Source: an uncultured Candidatus Saccharibacteria bacterium (GTDB taxonomy: Bacteria > Patescibacteriota > Minisyncoccia > Phycocordibacterales > UBA5272). From it: DNA of 64,000 nucleotides. Positions within the stretch are counted from its first letter, which is position 1. Every line of letters begins with the position of its first letter. Below the pieces are notes generated by a model. The model was not told the DNA's origin and ran no database searches. It saw nothing but the letters and a program-made list of their open reading frames with translations. Below, piece by piece: positions 61,475 to 64,000 of the stretch. The position numbers and the translations under genes were made by a program. Where the stretch lies: assembly GCA_964420875.1 (NCBI GenBank), contig CAYQUK010000001.1, positions 74,051 through 138,050 of the forward strand, written 5' to 3'.

Positions 61475-62491
61475 TTGATGAACAAAAAGATATTAGTATC
61501 AGGAATCAAACCTACAGGAGATTTTCATTTCGGTAATTATTTTGGAGCAATGAGACAAAATATTGAATTATCAAATTCTGGCGACTATGATTCTTTTGTT
61601 TTTCTTGCTGACTATCACGCTCTCACGACTTTACATAGCTTTGACGATGCGCAAAAATTAGCTGACTATACATTAAAATCTGCAGCAGCCTATATCGCTT
61701 GTGGTCTTGATAGAAATCTACTCTTCAAACAATCTAGCGTTCCAGAACATGCCGAGCTTTCTTTGATATTTTCTAACCTGGTGACTATGCCTTATATGAT
61801 GAGAGCGCACGCATTCAAAGATCATGAAGCCAAGAACAAAGATGTAAATGTTGGTCTTTTTACATACCCTATACTCATGGCGGCAGATATATTGATATAT
61901 GATGCCGACGTTGTCCCTGTCGGTAAAGATCAAAAGCAGCATATAGAGTATGCTAGAGACATAGCCGGTTATTTTAATAATTCTTATTTTAAAAATTCAG
62001 ACATAGAATATTTTAAATTACCAAAAGAATTAATAATAGATGACGTAGGCATAATCCCTGGCATAGACGGACAAAAGATGAGCAAGAGTTATTTAAATCA
62101 AATAGATTTGTTTTGTGAAGAAGATGAATTAAAAAAGAAAATTATGAGTATAGTCACAGATAGTGCAGCGCCTGGAGATAAAAAGGATCCGGACACAAAT
62201 AATATTTTTAATATACACAAACATTTTCTAAACAAAGATCAGGTTTTAGAGTTGAGGGCCAAATTTGAAAATGGTGGATATGGATACAAGGAAGCAAAAG
62301 AAGCTCTGTTTACTGCAGTTTTAGGTTGGAGAAAAGGGAAAATGGATATCTATAATGATTTGCTCAGTGACAAGTATGCTTTAGATATATTATTAGAAGA
62401 AAATGGTAAAAGGGTTAGAGCTGTCGCTCAGCAAAAAATAAAACAAATACGTGAAATAGTGGGACTGGACGTTAGCAAAAGTCCTCATTAA
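61475..62491 (+). CDS. trpS: Tryptophanyl-tRNA synthetase
   Basis: Class I HIGH-like (TGDFHFGNY) and KMSKS motifs. Confidence 0.93.
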   Translation: MMNKKILVSGIKPTGDFHFGNYFGAMRQNIELSNSGDYDSFVFLADYHALTTLHSFDDAQKLADYTLKSAAAYIACGLDRNLLFKQSSVPEHAELSLIFSNLVTMPYMMRAHAFKDHEAKNKDVNVGLFTYPILMAADILIYDADVVPVGKDQKQHIEYARDIAGYFNNSYFKNSDIEYFKLPKELIIDDVGIIPGIDGQKMSKSYLNQIDLFCEEDELKKKIMSIVTDSAAPGDKKDPDTNNIFNIHKHFLNKDQVLELRAKFENGGYGYKEAKEALFTAVLGWRKGKMDIYNDLLSDKYALDILLEENGKRVRAVAQQKIKQIREIVGLDVSKSPH

Positions 62492-62534
62492 TTAGTTTTG
62501 TAAAAATTAACTTTTTTGTTATAGTGTAATAACT

Positions 62535-62903
62535 ATGCGTATTTTTATAAAAGACTTATCAGCACATATTGGGAAAGAGGTGTCTGTAAATGGTTGGGTT
62601 GATATTAGACGTGACCAAGGGAAGCTGATATTTCTAGATTTGCGCGATATTACAGGCAAGGTGCAGGCTGTGGCATTGCCAGGATCAAACGCTATTCAAA
62701 TGGCAGGCTGTGTGCGCCCTGAGTGGGTTATAAAGGTGCAAGCAAAGGTAAATGCGCGTCCAGAGAGGAATATTAAGGCTGGCGTACTAAATGGTGAGCT
62801 GGAGCTTGAATTATTATCAATAGAAGTTTTGAATGAGGCAGATACACCAGCTTTTGACATATCTACATCAGGTTTAGAGGTTAATGAGGAAGTTAGAATT
62901 TAA
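62535..62903 (+). CDS. aspS: Aspartyl-tRNA synthetase, N-terminal anticodon-binding OB-domain fragment (122 aa; gene interrupted)
   Basis: OB-fold AspRS N-domain (VSVNGWVDIRRDQGKLIFLDLRD...); ends at TAA 62901. Confidence 0.7.
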   Translation: MRIFIKDLSAHIGKEVSVNGWVDIRRDQGKLIFLDLRDITGKVQAVALPGSNAIQMAGCVRPEWVIKVQAKVNARPERNIKAGVLNGELELELLSIEVLNEADTPAFDISTSGLEVNEEVRI

Positions 62904-62905
62904 AG

Positions 62906-63892
62906 ATGAGACATCGTGTTATAAGGTTCATCAGTGACGAATTCGACAAGCAAAACTTTTTAGAAGTTGAGACGCCATTACTCACTAATCCGACCCCAGA
63001 GGGATCAAGAAGCTACGTCGTACCGAGTAGGTTATGGAAGGGGTCATTCTATGCATTGCCACAGTCACCACAACAATATAAACAACTTTTAATGTCAGGT
63101 GGAGTAGATAGATATTTTCAAATTGCAAAATGTATGCGTGATGAAGATGGACGAGGAGACAGACAGCCAGAGTTTACTCAGATGGACATGGAGATGAGCT
63201 TTGTCACGTCAGAGGAGGTACGCAAGATAAATGAAGATCTTTTGATAAAACTCGTTACAGAGCTTTTCCCAAATAAAAAGATACAAACCGTACCCTTCCC
63301 AGTGTTGACTTACAAGGAGGCAATGGAAAAATACAACAGTGACAAACCAGATTTGCGAGAGGATAAAAACGATCCTGATTTGTTAGCATTTTGTTGGGTT
63401 ATAGATTTTCCAATGTTCGAACCTACTGGTGCTGATAATGTTGACGATACCGGCAGCTGGACTTTTACTCACAACCCATTTTCTCGTCCAATAGATGAAC
63501 ACATGAAGTGGTTACGTAACAAAACAAATATAGGAGAAATAATAACAACTCAATATGACGTGGCATTAAATGGTAGCGAGATAGGTGGTGGTAGTATACG
63601 CAACCATATGGCAGATGACTTGAGATCGACTCTCGAGATAATGGGGTACAGCGAAGAGAGGATAAGGCAAAACTTTGGACACATGTTAGAGGCATTTAGA
63701 TCTGGTACTCCTCCGCATGGTGGTATCGCTTGGGGTCTTGATAGGTTACTAATGATACTGCTCAATGAGCCAAATATCCGTGAAGTTATGGCTTTCCCAA
63801 AGACAGGAGAAGGTAAAGACTTGTTAATGCAATCACCAGCGGCGACTTCTGAGAAACATTTAAAAGAATTAGGCTTACAAATAAAGGCTTAA
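62906..63892 (+). CDS. aspS: Aspartyl-tRNA synthetase, catalytic-domain fragment (328 aa, lacks GAD insertion)
   Basis: Class II motifs (FLEVETPLLT, FYALPQSPQ, QIAKCMRDED..DRQPEFTQ, GGGSIR, GLDRLLM); starts 2 nt after the upstream stop in a different frame. Confidence 0.7.
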   Translation: MRHRVIRFISDEFDKQNFLEVETPLLTNPTPEGSRSYVVPSRLWKGSFYALPQSPQQYKQLLMSGGVDRYFQIAKCMRDEDGRGDRQPEFTQMDMEMSFVTSEEVRKINEDLLIKLVTELFPNKKIQTVPFPVLTYKEAMEKYNSDKPDLREDKNDPDLLAFCWVIDFPMFEPTGADNVDDTGSWTFTHNPFSRPIDEHMKWLRNKTNIGEIITTQYDVALNGSEIGGGSIRNHMADDLRSTLEIMGYSEERIRQNFGHMLEAFRSGTPPHGGIAWGLDRLLMILLNEPNIREVMAFPKTGEGKDLLMQSPAATSEKHLKELGLQIKA

Positions 63893-63950
63893 TCTGTTTC
63901 GAATATAATATCTATTGCATTTAAAATAATAAGAGTATACTTGTAAGTAT

Positions 63951-64000
63951 ATGATCAGAAATTTTATTTTAGCAGCTATAGCAATTGCTATCACTGTATA
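63951..64000 (+). CDS. 5' end of a hypothetical gene encoding a hydrophobic N-terminus (partial, runs off the window)
   Basis: ATG followed by IRNFILAAIAIAITV. Confidence 0.2.
   Translation, partial: MIRNFILAAIAIAITV

Overview
This looks like a low-GC (~37-40%) Patescibacteria/CPR-type chromosomal segment with a reduced, rearranged gene set and no rRNA, CRISPR array, transposase or integrase. Recognisable housekeeping blocks: (i) the spc ribosomal-protein block S14(Z)-S8-L6-L18-S5-L15, with no L30 and a terminator directly after L15; (ii) dnaG-rpoD, obg, gatB (minus strand), miaA (minus strand); (iii) a peroxiredoxin, a TM2-domain protein, tRNA-Leu(CAA), parB, rel, dprA-topA; (iv) a tRNA cluster (Cys, Leu-TAA, Lys, Leu-TAG) with two GC-rich, apparently foreign genes close by (an outer-membrane beta-barrel-like protein and a proteobacterial-type ilvC); (v) ychF and an F-type ATP synthase operon (c-b-delta-alpha-gamma-[insert]-beta-epsilon) with no a-subunit and a secreted Cys-rich peptidoglycan-binding protein inserted between gamma and beta; (vi) serS, dus, dnaX, flavoproteins, tRNA-Gln, rnr, rpsP-KH-trmD, tRNA-Thr, capA-like, alaS; (vii) infA-rpmJ-rpsM-rpsK-rpsD-rpoA-rplQ-rplM-rpsI; (viii) grpE-dnaK-dnaJ, trpS and an aspS split in two by a frameshift. 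Points worth follow-up are: the tRNA-3'-end duplicate units downstream of tRNA-Cys and tRNA-Leu; a promoter/terminator-bounded structured RNA candidate at ~8.45-8.71 kb; the two GC-rich HGT genes; the Cys-rich N-terminal fusion on the peroxiredoxin; a lysine-rich H1-like N-terminal domain on RpoD; an RGG/zinc-ribbon/H1-like protein; and GC-rich non-coding stretches at ~49.5-50.0 kb and ~56.1-56.3 kb. All calls are by eye from the translations and motifs; no searches were run.
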